Part shown: in pieces, positions 17,222 through 26,063 of the stretch | Layout: each line of letters begins with the position of its first letter | Numbering within the stretch: position 1 is the first letter of the stretch | NCBI GenBank assembly: GCA_036003325.1 | Contig: DASYSM010000134.1 | Coordinates: forward strand, 9,164-73,163 | Origin: Candidatus Limnocylindrales bacterium | Lineage (GTDB): Bacteria; Chloroflexota; Limnocylindria; Limnocylindrales; CSP1-4 | Direction: 5' to 3' | DNA: 64,000 nt | Made by a program: the position numbers and the translations under genes | The notes under the pieces: generated by a model | What the model was told of the DNA's origin: nothing | The model's input: the letters and a program-made list of their open reading frames with translations, nothing else | Databases searched by the model: none

Positions 17222-18556
17222 TCAGGCGACCGCGGCGTCGGCGATGTCGAGCGCGCGGTCGATGACCTCGAAGCCCTCGGCCAGCTGGGCCTCGGTGATG
17301 CACAGCGGCGGGTTGGTATGGATCGAGTTGTTGGCGAGCATCGTGTACACGTGGTTCTGGCGCAGGAACGCGCCGATCGCCTTCATCTCGTCCGAGGTCC
17401 CGTTGAACGGCGTCAGCGGCGTCCATGGATCGCGCGAGCGGACCAGGTCGATGATCCCGAACAGCCCGAGGTTGCGGACGGCGCCGACGCTCGGATGCCT
17501 GGCGGCCAGCCGGCGATGGTGGTCGCGCATGACCGGGTCGAGCCGGGCGGCGTTCTCGATCAGGCCGTCCTCCTCGTAGACCGAGATGGTCGCCAGCGAG
17601 GCGGCCAGGCTGACGGGATGGCTGCTGTAGGTCAGCCCGCCATAGAACATCTGGCTCTCGAACTTCTCGGCGATCGCGTGCCTCATCGCCACCGCACCGA
17701 GCGGCAGGTACGAGCTGGTCAGGCCCTTGGCCATCGTCATCAGGTCCGGGGTGACGCCCCAGTGGTCGATGGCGAACCAGCGGCCGGTCCGGCCGAAGCC
17801 GGCCATGACCTCGTCGGCGACCATCAGGATGTCGTTGCGGTCGCAGATCTCGCGCACGCCGGCGATATAGCCGTCCGGCGGGATCAGGATGCCGTTGGTC
17901 CCGACGATGGTCTCGAGGAAGACCGCGGCGATGCTCTTGGCGCCCTCGTAGCGGATGACGTCCTCGAGGCCCTGCAGGCTCTCGGCCACCGGTCGGGGCT
18001 CGGCCTCTCCCCAGCGGTGCGTGTCCGGGTAGCGGACCACGCCGACGATGCCCGGCTCGTTCGCCCAGCGGCGCGGATCGCCAGTGAGCGTCATGGCACC
18101 CATCGTGGCGCCGTGGTAGGCGCGATAGCGGGCGAGGATCTTGTGCCGGCCGGTGACGTGGCGGGCGAGCTTGATGGCGTTCTCGATCGCCTCGGCACCG
18201 CCGAGCGTGAAGAAGACCTTGTCCATGTCACCCGGCAGGATCTCGGCCAGCTTCGCCCCGAGCCGCGCGCGGACCTCGGTCGCGAACGCCGGCTGGACGA
18301 ACTGGAGCTTGGTCGCCTGCGCGGTGATGGCATCGATCACCCGCCGGTCGCCGTGGCCGATGTTGACCGACATCAGCTGGCTGTTGAAATCGAGGATCCG
18401 GTCGCCTTCGGGGGTGTACAGGTAGACCCCTTCGGCGTGATCGATGGCGATCGGATCGATGGCGCCCTGGACCGACCACGAGAAGAACGTGTGCTGCCGG
18501 GACAGCGCGACGATCTCCTCACTGGTCATGGAGCCTGGAGCGGTCTTGATGGCCAT
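17222..18556 (-). CDS. Class-III PLP aminotransferase (omega-amino acid / beta-alanine:pyruvate-type)
   Basis: GGAEAIENAIKLAR, ADEVMAGFGRTG, and PLP-lysine context TMAKGLTSSYLPLG. First gene of the ABC operon. Confidence 0.85.
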   Translation of the reverse strand: MAIKTAPGSMTSEEIVALSRQHTFFSWSVQGAIDPIAIDHAEGVYLYTPEGDRILDFNSQLMSVNIGHGDRRVIDAITAQATKLQFVQPAFATEVRARLGAKLAEILPGDMDKVFFTLGGAEAIENAIKLARHVTGRHKILARYRAYHGATMGAMTLTGDPRRWANEPGIVGVVRYPDTHRWGEAEPRPVAESLQGLEDVIRYEGAKSIAAVFLETIVGTNGILIPPDGYIAGVREICDRNDILMVADEVMAGFGRTGRWFAIDHWGVTPDLMTMAKGLTSSYLPLGAVAMRHAIAEKFESQMFYGGLTYSSHPVSLAASLATISVYEEDGLIENAARLDPVMRDHHRRLAARHPSVGAVRNLGLFGIIDLVRSRDPWTPLTPFNGTSDEMKAIGAFLRQNHVYTMLANNSIHTNPPLCITEAQLAEGFEVIDRALDIADAAVA

Positions 18557-18627
18557 GGTGCACCTCGATCGGGTGGTGATTACAGCACAACCGGAGCGTA
18601 TCGCGACGCCCCGATCCCTCGCCGTCG

Positions 18628-20454
18628 TCAGCGCAGGAAGCGCCGCCGGACCTCGCCCAGGCTGTCGAACACGAGCAGGACGCCGAGCGCGAGGAGCCCG
18701 GCCAGGAACAGCTCGCGCAGGTAGGCGACGGCCAGGACGATGGCCGAGATGATCGCCAGGACGATGGTGATCCTGAGCACCAGCTCCATGATGTTGCGAT
18801 CGAAGAACGATTCGATCACGAGGTAGGAGCCCAGCAGCACGACGATCGCGGTCGGCGGCGGCAGGATGCGGAACCAGACGATGACCGCCAGGACGGCGAT
18901 GAGCAGCCCGACGCTGACCGCGGCCCAGGCCTCACCGAAGGCGCGGCGTCGGGTCACGGACGGCGGCTCGGGCTCCGATGCGTGATGGAGGTGCAGCCGC
19001 GGGTCGTCGAGCCTGCCCGCCCGCAACGCTGCGAGTCGGTCGTGACCGGCGGCGATGGCCGTCCCGAGCTCGACGGCCTCGGCGCGGATGACGCCCAGAC
19101 GCTCCTCGCCCGTGTGCAGCTCCTCGGCCCGGGCGGTCCGATAGCCCGCCAGGCCCGCGGTCTGGCGGACCGCGCCAAGCTCGGCATCCAGCGCGGGCAG
19201 GGAGATGGCCAGCGCATCGGCCTCCGCCACCAGGGCCGCCCGGGCGGCCGTCAGCTCGGCCAGCCGCGCCTCGAGCACCGCGACCGCCCGTGACGGCGGC
19301 GCGACCTTGTCGAGCCCGGCGAACCCGAGCGGGTCGTACCACGACTGCCGCACGGATCCGGTCCTGGTGTACTTCGGCCCCGCCGGCGCACGCTCACCGG
19401 CGAACCGGTCGCCGGTGTCGAGGCCCCACAGCCCGCGATATCGATCGACCCAGCCGACCTCGTCGCCGATGACCACCGGGGACCATGGGACGTCGGCACC
19501 GGGCCCGACCGCCAGTCCGTCACCGCGGGCGTAATCGACGAACGGGACGCTGAGCGCCCGCTTGGCATTGGCCGCCAGGTCGCCCGGATCGGGCTGGGCG
19601 AGCGTGTCGCGCCACAGATGGCGGACGAGGTCGAGCACGCCGCGGATCCGTCTCTCGCCGGGGAACGGCAGCAGCATGATGTACTCGCCGCGCTCGAGGT
19701 AGGTCGCATGCGAGCCGGCGCCCGGGTAGACGACCGGATGCCCGTCGATCGTCTCCATCCGCGGGTCGTCCCAGCGCCGTCGCAGGTCGTCGCCCTTCTC
19801 GTCATGCGCCGCGGCGCAGAACCAGACCGGTCGCAGCTCCCCGTCGTCGAGCGCCTCGCAGACCACGAAGCACTGCTCGAGGTCGGCCTCGTGGTCGTTG
19901 GCGCCTTCGAACGTGGAGCGCCAGTCGTTCATCGCGTAGAAGAACATGTAGTGGAGCACGACCCACGGACCTTCGCGCACGACGCGGCCGTGGTAGACGA
20001 TCCTCGGGTCCTGCTCGCGGATCCGGTCGTACTTGTCCGACGCGGCCGCGGCCGTGCCGCCCGGCACGCGGCCACGAAGCAGCAGCGAGGTGACCAAACC
20101 CGCGTCGACCAGCCGCGCGGCGAGGCCGACCCGGGCGAGCCGGCCCGGCGCCGAGAAGCGCTGGTGCTCGGGCCGCGATTGCCAGCGCCGCAGCTCCAGC
20201 GCGTTGAGCGGGTGCGGGACGAAGCGCAGGAACTGGGCCTCGCCGGGTGCGGGATCCCCGACCGCCGCGAGCCGCTCGAGATCGAGCTCGCCCGCCGGGA
20301 TCGCGACACGCGCCTCGCGCAGGGTCGGACCGGTCAGCAGGTCGCAGGCCTCGACGTACGGGCCGGTCCCCATCGGGAAGAACAGCTCGCCGTCGGTGAA
20401 GCGCAGGATCGGCTCGTGGCGGGAGAGGAGGGCGAGGTCGTCCGCCTCGGTCAC
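18628..20454 (-). CDS. Uncharacterised membrane protein: N-terminal Vps62/DUF946-like domain, coiled coil, C-terminal TM bundle
   Basis: Motif-level resemblance to Vps62/DUF946: LLSRHEPILRFTDGELFFP, VVLHYMFFYAMNDW...NDHEADLEQCFVV, GHPVVYPGAGSHATY. About 110 aa of Ala/Leu/Glu-rich coiled coil and 3-4 C-terminal TM helices. GTG 20454 overlaps the upstream gene stop (GTGA). Confidence 0.6.
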   Translation of the reverse strand: MTEADDLALLSRHEPILRFTDGELFFPMGTGPYVEACDLLTGPTLREARVAIPAGELDLERLAAVGDPAPGEAQFLRFVPHPLNALELRRWQSRPEHQRFSAPGRLARVGLAARLVDAGLVTSLLLRGRVPGGTAAAASDKYDRIREQDPRIVYHGRVVREGPWVVLHYMFFYAMNDWRSTFEGANDHEADLEQCFVVCEALDDGELRPVWFCAAAHDEKGDDLRRRWDDPRMETIDGHPVVYPGAGSHATYLERGEYIMLLPFPGERRIRGVLDLVRHLWRDTLAQPDPGDLAANAKRALSVPFVDYARGDGLAVGPGADVPWSPVVIGDEVGWVDRYRGLWGLDTGDRFAGERAPAGPKYTRTGSVRQSWYDPLGFAGLDKVAPPSRAVAVLEARLAELTAARAALVAEADALAISLPALDAELGAVRQTAGLAGYRTARAEELHTGEERLGVIRAEAVELGTAIAAGHDRLAALRAGRLDDPRLHLHHASEPEPPSVTRRRAFGEAWAAVSVGLLIAVLAVIVWFRILPPPTAIVVLLGSYLVIESFFDRNIMELVLRITIVLAIISAIVLAVAYLRELFLAGLLALGVLLVFDSLGEVRRRFLR

Positions 20455-20891
20455 GTCGTGGCCTCCCCATGGAGCGCCAGCCGGACGTCGCGCTGGTTGA
20501 GATAGAAGACGGCGATGACGTTCAGGAGCATCGACAGGTAGCGAGGCTCGCCGCTGTACCACCAGCCGAGGTCGATGGCGAGGATGATGCCGGACAGGAT
20601 GATGGCCAGCACCCAGGCCCACGTCCGCCAGGCGAACAGGCCGACGATGGTCGCCAGACTGGCCGCGAGCAGGCCGATGAGGATCGCGGTCGCGATCAGC
20701 GCGGCCGCGGTGCCGTCGGTGGTGTCGGGCAGCGGCGAGGTATCTCGCAGCCACTGCGCCACGTCGCCGCCCTGGATCTTGAACAGGGCGGCTACGATCG
20801 ACAGGCAGCGCACGACGGTCAGCGCCACGATGACGAGGATCCCGAGCGGGTACCGCGATCGGACCGAGCGGGCACCCTGGGTCATGCCCAC
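20451..20891 (-). CDS. Small 4-TM membrane protein (hypothetical)
   Basis: Four hydrophobic helices. GTG at 20891 or ATG at 20885. Translationally coupled to the downstream Vps62-like gene. Confidence 0.55.
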   Translation of the reverse strand: MGMTQGARSVRSRYPLGILVIVALTVVRCLSIVAALFKIQGGDVAQWLRDTSPLPDTTDGTAAALIATAILIGLLAASLATIVGLFAWRTWAWVLAIILSGIILAIDLGWWYSGEPRYLSMLLNVIAVFYLNQRDVRLALHGEATT

Positions 20892-20938
20892 AGGCTAGCA
20901 GGCGGCAGGGGTGACGACCGCGCCTCTCGACCGCCGCC

Positions 20939-21889
20939 TCACCGTGGCACGAGGACGCTGACCGCGCCGGGCACGACCTCGACCTCGAGACTGCCGGCGC
21001 GATGATGATCGCCGTCGGTCTCGATCGGCTGCTCGGGTTCCGCGGCGATGGTCACGCGCCGGATGGAGCGGCGGATGACGCCACCCTGCAGCTCGCCGGT
21101 CCCGAGCAGCAGCCGGGCGGCGCCCTGCAGCGCCGCCAGCGGGTCGGTGCCGCCGAGGACGATCAGCTCGAGGGTGCCGCTCGACGGGTCGATGGGCTGT
21201 CGCGGTCCGATCCGGCCGGGGACCAGCTGACCCGCATTCGCGACCATCGCCAGGTAGCCGTCGATCTCCATCGCGTCGCCATCGGCGACGATGCGGAAGC
21301 GCGACGGCGCGAGACGCCCCAGCTCTCGGATGGCGGCTCCGACATAGGCCCCGAACCGGAGCCGGCGCTTCCATTCGTTCTCGGCGGCGGCCATGATCCG
21401 CGCGTCGAGCCCCATCCCGCAGGCGACGATGAAGATCCGTTCGGCCACCGAGTCGTCGACACCGGGCGTCGCGGGGGCCGGGCCCCAGCGGGCACGGCCA
21501 AGATCGAGTCGGCGCGGCGAGCCGGACCGGATCGCGTCGAGAGCCGGGCCGATGCCGCGGATGCCGAGGCTCCCCGCCAGGACGTTGCCGGTCCCCGCCG
21601 GGACGATGGCCAGTGGCGCGGCGCCGTTCGCCATGGTGGCCGCGGCCTCGCGCACGCTGCCGTCCCCACCGATCGCGACGACCAGGGGCGCGTCGCCGGC
21701 CGCGGCCAGGCTGGCCCGCATCGTCGCCAGCGATCCGGCCTCGATCACCGGCTCGCGCCCGGTCCGGCTCCGGACGGCGGCGACCGTCGCCGCCACGATC
21801 CGATCGCGCCTGGCGTGGTCGGCCATCCCCGAGGCTCTCGGATTCACCAGGACGAGCGGGTCGCCGGCGGCGATGGTGGTGGGGGTCAC
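20939..21889 (-). CDS. Diacylglycerol/lipid kinase family protein (DAGK_cat, YegS-like)
   Basis: LVVAIGGDGSVRE and IVPAGTGNVLA motifs. Confidence 0.85.
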   Translation of the reverse strand: MTPTTIAAGDPLVLVNPRASGMADHARRDRIVAATVAAVRSRTGREPVIEAGSLATMRASLAAAGDAPLVVAIGGDGSVREAAATMANGAAPLAIVPAGTGNVLAGSLGIRGIGPALDAIRSGSPRRLDLGRARWGPAPATPGVDDSVAERIFIVACGMGLDARIMAAAENEWKRRLRFGAYVGAAIRELGRLAPSRFRIVADGDAMEIDGYLAMVANAGQLVPGRIGPRQPIDPSSGTLELIVLGGTDPLAALQGAARLLLGTGELQGGVIRRSIRRVTIAAEPEQPIETDGDHHRAGSLEVEVVPGAVSVLVPR

Positions 21890-21949
21890 GTCGCGATGCT
21901 ACCCCGCGGCCGCGATGCGACGGGCCGTCGCAGACACGATTCTGTGATC

Positions 21950-22188
21950 GCGGCTAGACTGGCGCTCGCCAACGACCCCCAGGTCCGCACGGGAACCCGG
22001 AAAACTCGAAAACCGCCCTGCTCGCACGGCTTTTCCGAGCCCCGCCTTTCCCCGACGACCTCCCAGCGCGTCGGCTCTCCCCCTGAAACCGGTCCAGCCG
22101 GTTCGCCATGTCCTTCCGTGCGCGCCCGACAGGGGCGGACACCGCCCGTCGCGCCCCCAGCGCGACGCCCTGGTAGGAAGGAGCACCA
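21950..22188 (+). promoter_or_regulatory. Long structured 5' leader of the NlpC/P60 gene; candidate riboswitch or sRNA, family unassigned
   Basis: About 240 nt with no ORF. Two hairpins with C-rich loops share a cccagcgcgNcg motif (22052-22074 and 22147-22167). Also gcacgggaacccgg and cgcccgacag elements. Confidence 0.35.
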
Positions 22189-22686
22189 TTGCGCACGCTA
22201 CGCATGGGCGCACGAGCGTTCATCCCCCTCGCCCTCGCAGGGGCAGTCCTCTTCAGCCTCGCCCCGTCAGCACCGGTCGCCGCGTCGACCACGACGGAGG
22301 CTCAGCAGATCATCCGCATCGCCAAGGCCCAGTTGGGCGACCCGTGGCGCTATGGCGCCACCGGACCTCGGGCCTTCGACTGCTCCGGCCTCGTCCGGTA
22401 CGCGTTCCGTCACGCCGGCGATGCCGCCGCGATCCACACCGGCTTCCTGCGCTCGGCGCGGTCGCTGTACAGGTGGTTCAAGGCGCATGGCAAGGCGAGT
22501 CGCCACAACCCCAAGATCGGTGACCTCGTCATCTGGGGCGGCGGGACCCATGTCGGGATCTACATCGGTCATGGCAAGGCCATCAGCACCCTGACCAGCG
22601 GGGTCCGTATCCACCGCGTGCGCGCGGTCACTGCGCGGTTCACGGCGTACCTCCATACCGGGATGTCGGTGAAGCCCGCGAGCTGA
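22189..22686 (+). CDS. Secreted NlpC/P60 (C40) cell-wall peptidase
   Basis: Signal peptide, catalytic Cys in FDCSGLVRYAF, His in THVGIYIGHG. TTG 22189 lies 5 nt after AGGAAGGAG; alternative ATG at 22204. Confidence 0.88.
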   Translation: MRTLRMGARAFIPLALAGAVLFSLAPSAPVAASTTTEAQQIIRIAKAQLGDPWRYGATGPRAFDCSGLVRYAFRHAGDAAAIHTGFLRSARSLYRWFKAHGKASRHNPKIGDLVIWGGGTHVGIYIGHGKAISTLTSGVRIHRVRAVTARFTAYLHTGMSVKPAS

Positions 22687-22777
22687 CCCGTCCCCGCGGG
22701 TCGCGGATCGCCGGACGAGCCGGACCCCAACGCCGCCTCGAGGACCTCGGTCGCGCGCGGGCGGCCGGGGTCCTCGC

Positions 22778-24202
22778 TCACCCGCCGCGCCGGCCGATCC
22801 CCTCGAGGCAGGCGAGGATGGCGTCGGCGGAGCGATCGATGTCGTCGGCGGTCGTCTGCCAGCCGGACACCGAGACCCGCATGGCGGCGTGACCGGCCCA
22901 GGTGGTCCCGCCCAGCCAGCACGTCCCGTCGCGCTGGACGGCCTCGATGACGGCCCGGGTCCGGGCATCGCCGTGCGACCCATCCGGGTCGGGCTCCGGT
23001 GCGTCGAAGCGGACGAGGACCTGGTTGAGCACGACCTCGTTCAGGATCCTGACGCCGGATCCGCTCGCGAGCCGCTGCGCCATGCGGCGGGCGAGCGCGT
23101 TGTCGCGCTCGATCAGATCGACCAGACCAGCGCGACCGAGCGATCGCAGCGCTGCAAGGACGGTGAAGCCGCGCGCGCGGCGGGACGATTCGGGCACCCA
23201 GCTGTACGGATCGCGGGTCGCGCCGTCGGATTCCACGTAGTACGCAGCCCCGAACGTCATCGCGGCCTGATGCGCGGCAGCGTCCCGAACGAAGACGAGG
23301 CCCGAGTCGTACGGCACGTTCAACCACTTGTGCGCGTCCGTCGACCAGGAATCGGCCAGGTGATGGCCGCGCATCCGACCATGGAGGGACGGGACGGCCG
23401 CCGCCCAGATCCCGAACGCGCCGTCGATGTGCAGCCAGCCATCGCGTTCGTGGACCATCGGCTCGATCTCGGCGAACGGGTCGAACGCGCCGGTGTTCAC
23501 GTTGCCGGCCTGGGCGCAGACGATGACCGGACCGTCGATCGTGGCCAGCTCGGCACGCAGCGCGTCGGCCCGCATCCGCCCCTGCGCGTCGGCATCGACC
23601 TTTCGGACGTGATCGCCTTCGCGCCCGAGTCCGAGCATCTGGAGCGACGCGTAGACGGTCGCGTGCGAACCGGCGTGGGTCACGACCGTGACCGGGGGAG
23701 CCCCCTGCAGACCGAGGCGCTCCACGTCCCAGCCGACGTGCGCCAGGACCGCGTGCCGCGCGGCCGCCAGGGCCGTGAAGTTGGCCATCGTGGCGCCCGA
23801 TGCGAAGCCCACGCTCGTCCCGGCGGGCAGCTCGAGCAGCTCGAGGAGCCAGGCCGCGGCGACCTCCTCCGCGATCGACGCGGCCGGGGAGGTGGCGTAG
23901 AAGGCCGCATTCTGGTCCCAGGCTGCGGTCAGGACGTCCGCCCCGAGCGCAGCGGGCAGGCTGCCGCCGATGACGAAGCCGAAGAACCGTGGGCCCGCGG
24001 TTGCCACGATCCCGGGATCGGCGGCCGCGGCAAGAGCCTCGACGACGGCCACCGGGTCAGACGGTCCATCCGGCAGCGGACCGCCCATGGCCGCCCGCAG
24101 CGCCGTCAGGTCGACCGGTTGCCCGACCGGTCTGTCCGCGAGCGTATCGAGGTAGTCGGTCGCCAGCGCCGCGGCGCGTGTCAGGACCCTGGATGCATCC
24201 AC
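22778..24202 (-). CDS. Group II PLP-dependent amino-acid decarboxylase
   Basis: PLP-lysine motif STDAHKWLNVPYDSG. GATMANFTALAAAR. Length about 474 aa. Confidence 0.85.
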   Translation of the reverse strand: MDASRVLTRAAALATDYLDTLADRPVGQPVDLTALRAAMGGPLPDGPSDPVAVVEALAAAADPGIVATAGPRFFGFVIGGSLPAALGADVLTAAWDQNAAFYATSPAASIAEEVAAAWLLELLELPAGTSVGFASGATMANFTALAAARHAVLAHVGWDVERLGLQGAPPVTVVTHAGSHATVYASLQMLGLGREGDHVRKVDADAQGRMRADALRAELATIDGPVIVCAQAGNVNTGAFDPFAEIEPMVHERDGWLHIDGAFGIWAAAVPSLHGRMRGHHLADSWSTDAHKWLNVPYDSGLVFVRDAAAHQAAMTFGAAYYVESDGATRDPYSWVPESSRRARGFTVLAALRSLGRAGLVDLIERDNALARRMAQRLASGSGVRILNEVVLNQVLVRFDAPEPDPDGSHGDARTRAVIEAVQRDGTCWLGGTTWAGHAAMRVSVSGWQTTADDIDRSADAILACLEGIGRRGG

Positions 24203-24270
24203 GTTCGATGTCTCCTCTTCGACGGGTCGGATGCTACCGTGACGGCACGCCCGCGACGAGGAGGCCCCCG

Positions 24271-24663
24271 ATGGACCATGCCACGTTCCAGTCCTGGCTC
24301 GACCGCTACATCGATGCCTGGAAACTCCTCGATCGGGTCCTCATCGGGGACCTGTTCAGTCCCGACGTTCGCTACTCCTTCGATCCGTTCGACGAAGCGG
24401 TCGTGGGGAGGGCAGCCGTCGTCGCCGCATGGCTCGCCGACCCCGATGAGCCCGGGTCGTGGGAGGCCGACTACGAGGTCCTCGCCATCGACGGCGACGC
24501 CTGCGTCGCCCACGGCCGGACGCGCTATCTGACCGACGATCGGGCCGCCGTCGACCGCGAGTTCGCCAACATCTTCGTCGTGCGCTTCGACGCCGACGGC
24601 CGTTGTCGCGAGTTCACGGAGTGGTATATGCGACGGCGACCGGAGGCCGTCCCGGACGAGTAG
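24271..24663 (+). CDS. SnoaL-like / NTF2-fold protein (paralog of 2066-2455)
   Basis: WLDRYIDAWK...GSWEADYEV...FDADGRCREFTEWYM aligns by eye with the 2066-2455 product. ATG 24271 after GAGGAGG. Confidence 0.75.
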   Translation: MDHATFQSWLDRYIDAWKLLDRVLIGDLFSPDVRYSFDPFDEAVVGRAAVVAAWLADPDEPGSWEADYEVLAIDGDACVAHGRTRYLTDDRAAVDREFANIFVVRFDADGRCREFTEWYMRRRPEAVPDE

Positions 24664-24693
24664 ACCGCAACGCGGCGCGGTCGGGAGGCGCGA

Positions 24694-25965
24694 CTAGGCC
24701 GGTTCAGGATCGAGCATCGGCCGGGGCACTCGCGGTCGGTCCCCGTACAGGGCCATGAACACACCGGCCAGGACCATGGCGACGACCGTGACCGCCATCC
24801 CGTCGCGTATGTCGAGCGCCTCCCAGAGCTGGCCGGCCAGCAGGGCTCCGACCACGATCCCAAGGCTTGAGATCGAGGTGACGATCCCGAAGGCCCGGCC
24901 GCCCTGGGGACCGCCCGTGGCGGCGCCGAGGGTCGCAAACCAGGAAGCCGTGAAACCGGCGACGCCGGCGCCCGCCCCGAGGACCAGCAGATAGAGGATC
25001 GCGGTCGAGATCGGGAACAGCAGGGCCACGGCGAAGACCGTGATCGGGAGGGTGGCGACGGCACCGACCCGCGAGCGGCCCCACTTGTCGGCGGCCGCCC
25101 CGATCCACGGTGCCGCGATCAGATTGCCCAGGGCGAACAGCGAGAACGCGATGCCGATCTCCGTGGTTGACCAGCGCCGGACGTCCGCCGCGAACGGCGC
25201 GAATGTCGTGATGAAGCTCCCGTATCCGGCGACCAGCGCCATCTCGGCGAGCAGCAGCACGCTGAGTCCGAGGCGGTCGAGGTGGACCGGCGCGTCGCTG
25301 GCCGGCGGCGTATCGGCCGAGTCCGGCCGTCGGCGAGCCGGCAACAGCATCGACACGACCGCCATCACGACACCGGCGATCCCGACCGCGACGATGGGGG
25401 TCCGCAGATCGCTCGCGTCCGCCACGGCCCCACCGAGGACCGGGCCGATGATGAGGCCCGCCGACGCCGCGGTCTGCAGCACGCCGTTCGCGAAGGCCAG
25501 CCGCGTCCGGTCGGCGACCTGGCGGACGTACAGCCTCTCCCCGACGATGTAGGCACCGCTGCCCAGGCCCGCGACGAGACGCCAGGTCAGGATCGGTGCC
25601 ACCGAACCCGCGATGGACGTCAGGAGGGTCGCGATGCCGTAGAAGGCGAAGCCCGCCGGGAGCAGCCGGCGCGGCCCGAACCGCTCCGTGGCGAACCCGC
25701 CGACCATGAGTCCGCCCGCGGTCGCCACGGCGGAGACACTCACGATGAGCGCGAGCTCTCGAGGCGACGCGCCGACGGCGACGGCGAACAGGGGCAGGAT
25801 CGGCAGCATCGCGCCGACGATGAGGTTCGAGGCGAAGGACAACCCGGCGACGAAGCCCAGCGCGCGATCGAGCCCACGGGTGAGCTCGGTGACGCGAGAT
25901 GCCGGGGCCTCAGGGTCGGCGCTGGTGACCTCGGGAACGGTCTGATCGGTCGATCGGTCGATCAC
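24694..25965 (-). CDS. MFS transporter
   Basis: 12-TM profile with an MFS loop motif region (GGFATERFGPRRLL). The GTG 25965 start is inferred and uncertain. Confidence 0.8.
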   Translation of the reverse strand: MIDRSTDQTVPEVTSADPEAPASRVTELTRGLDRALGFVAGLSFASNLIVGAMLPILPLFAVAVGASPRELALIVSVSAVATAGGLMVGGFATERFGPRRLLPAGFAFYGIATLLTSIAGSVAPILTWRLVAGLGSGAYIVGERLYVRQVADRTRLAFANGVLQTAASAGLIIGPVLGGAVADASDLRTPIVAVGIAGVVMAVVSMLLPARRRPDSADTPPASDAPVHLDRLGLSVLLLAEMALVAGYGSFITTFAPFAADVRRWSTTEIGIAFSLFALGNLIAAPWIGAAADKWGRSRVGAVATLPITVFAVALLFPISTAILYLLVLGAGAGVAGFTASWFATLGAATGGPQGGRAFGIVTSISSLGIVVGALLAGQLWEALDIRDGMAVTVVAMVLAGVFMALYGDRPRVPRPMLDPEPA

Positions 25966-26063
25966 CGGGCGAGTGTACGCACGCGGGACGTCGGTTCGCG
26001 CCGGGTCCCCGCGAGCCGCGGTCGAGTCGCGGCAGCATGCGACGGCTCGACCGCGTCGGCGGG

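Noticed and set aside
16248-17426. Upstream two-thirds of the 693-aa ORF 15345-17426
   Set aside because: Only the last 300 aa form an ABC ATPase. The rest is an out-of-frame read through the permease gene 16244-17194 and is R/G/P-rich. This is a typical high-GC stop-free shadow.
13607-18724. Long plus-strand ORFs 13607-15442 (611 aa) and 16772-18724 (650 aa)
   Set aside because: They are antisense shadows of the ABC/aminotransferase operon. Their composition is dominated by R, G, D, P and there are no recognisable domains.
21950-22188. Confident assignment of the NlpC/P60 leader to the ydaO c-di-AMP riboswitch family
   Set aside because: Only partial matches to the conserved segments are present, and the GGGGUGAAUC-like core is missing. 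I kept it as an unassigned structured leader pending a covariance-model search.
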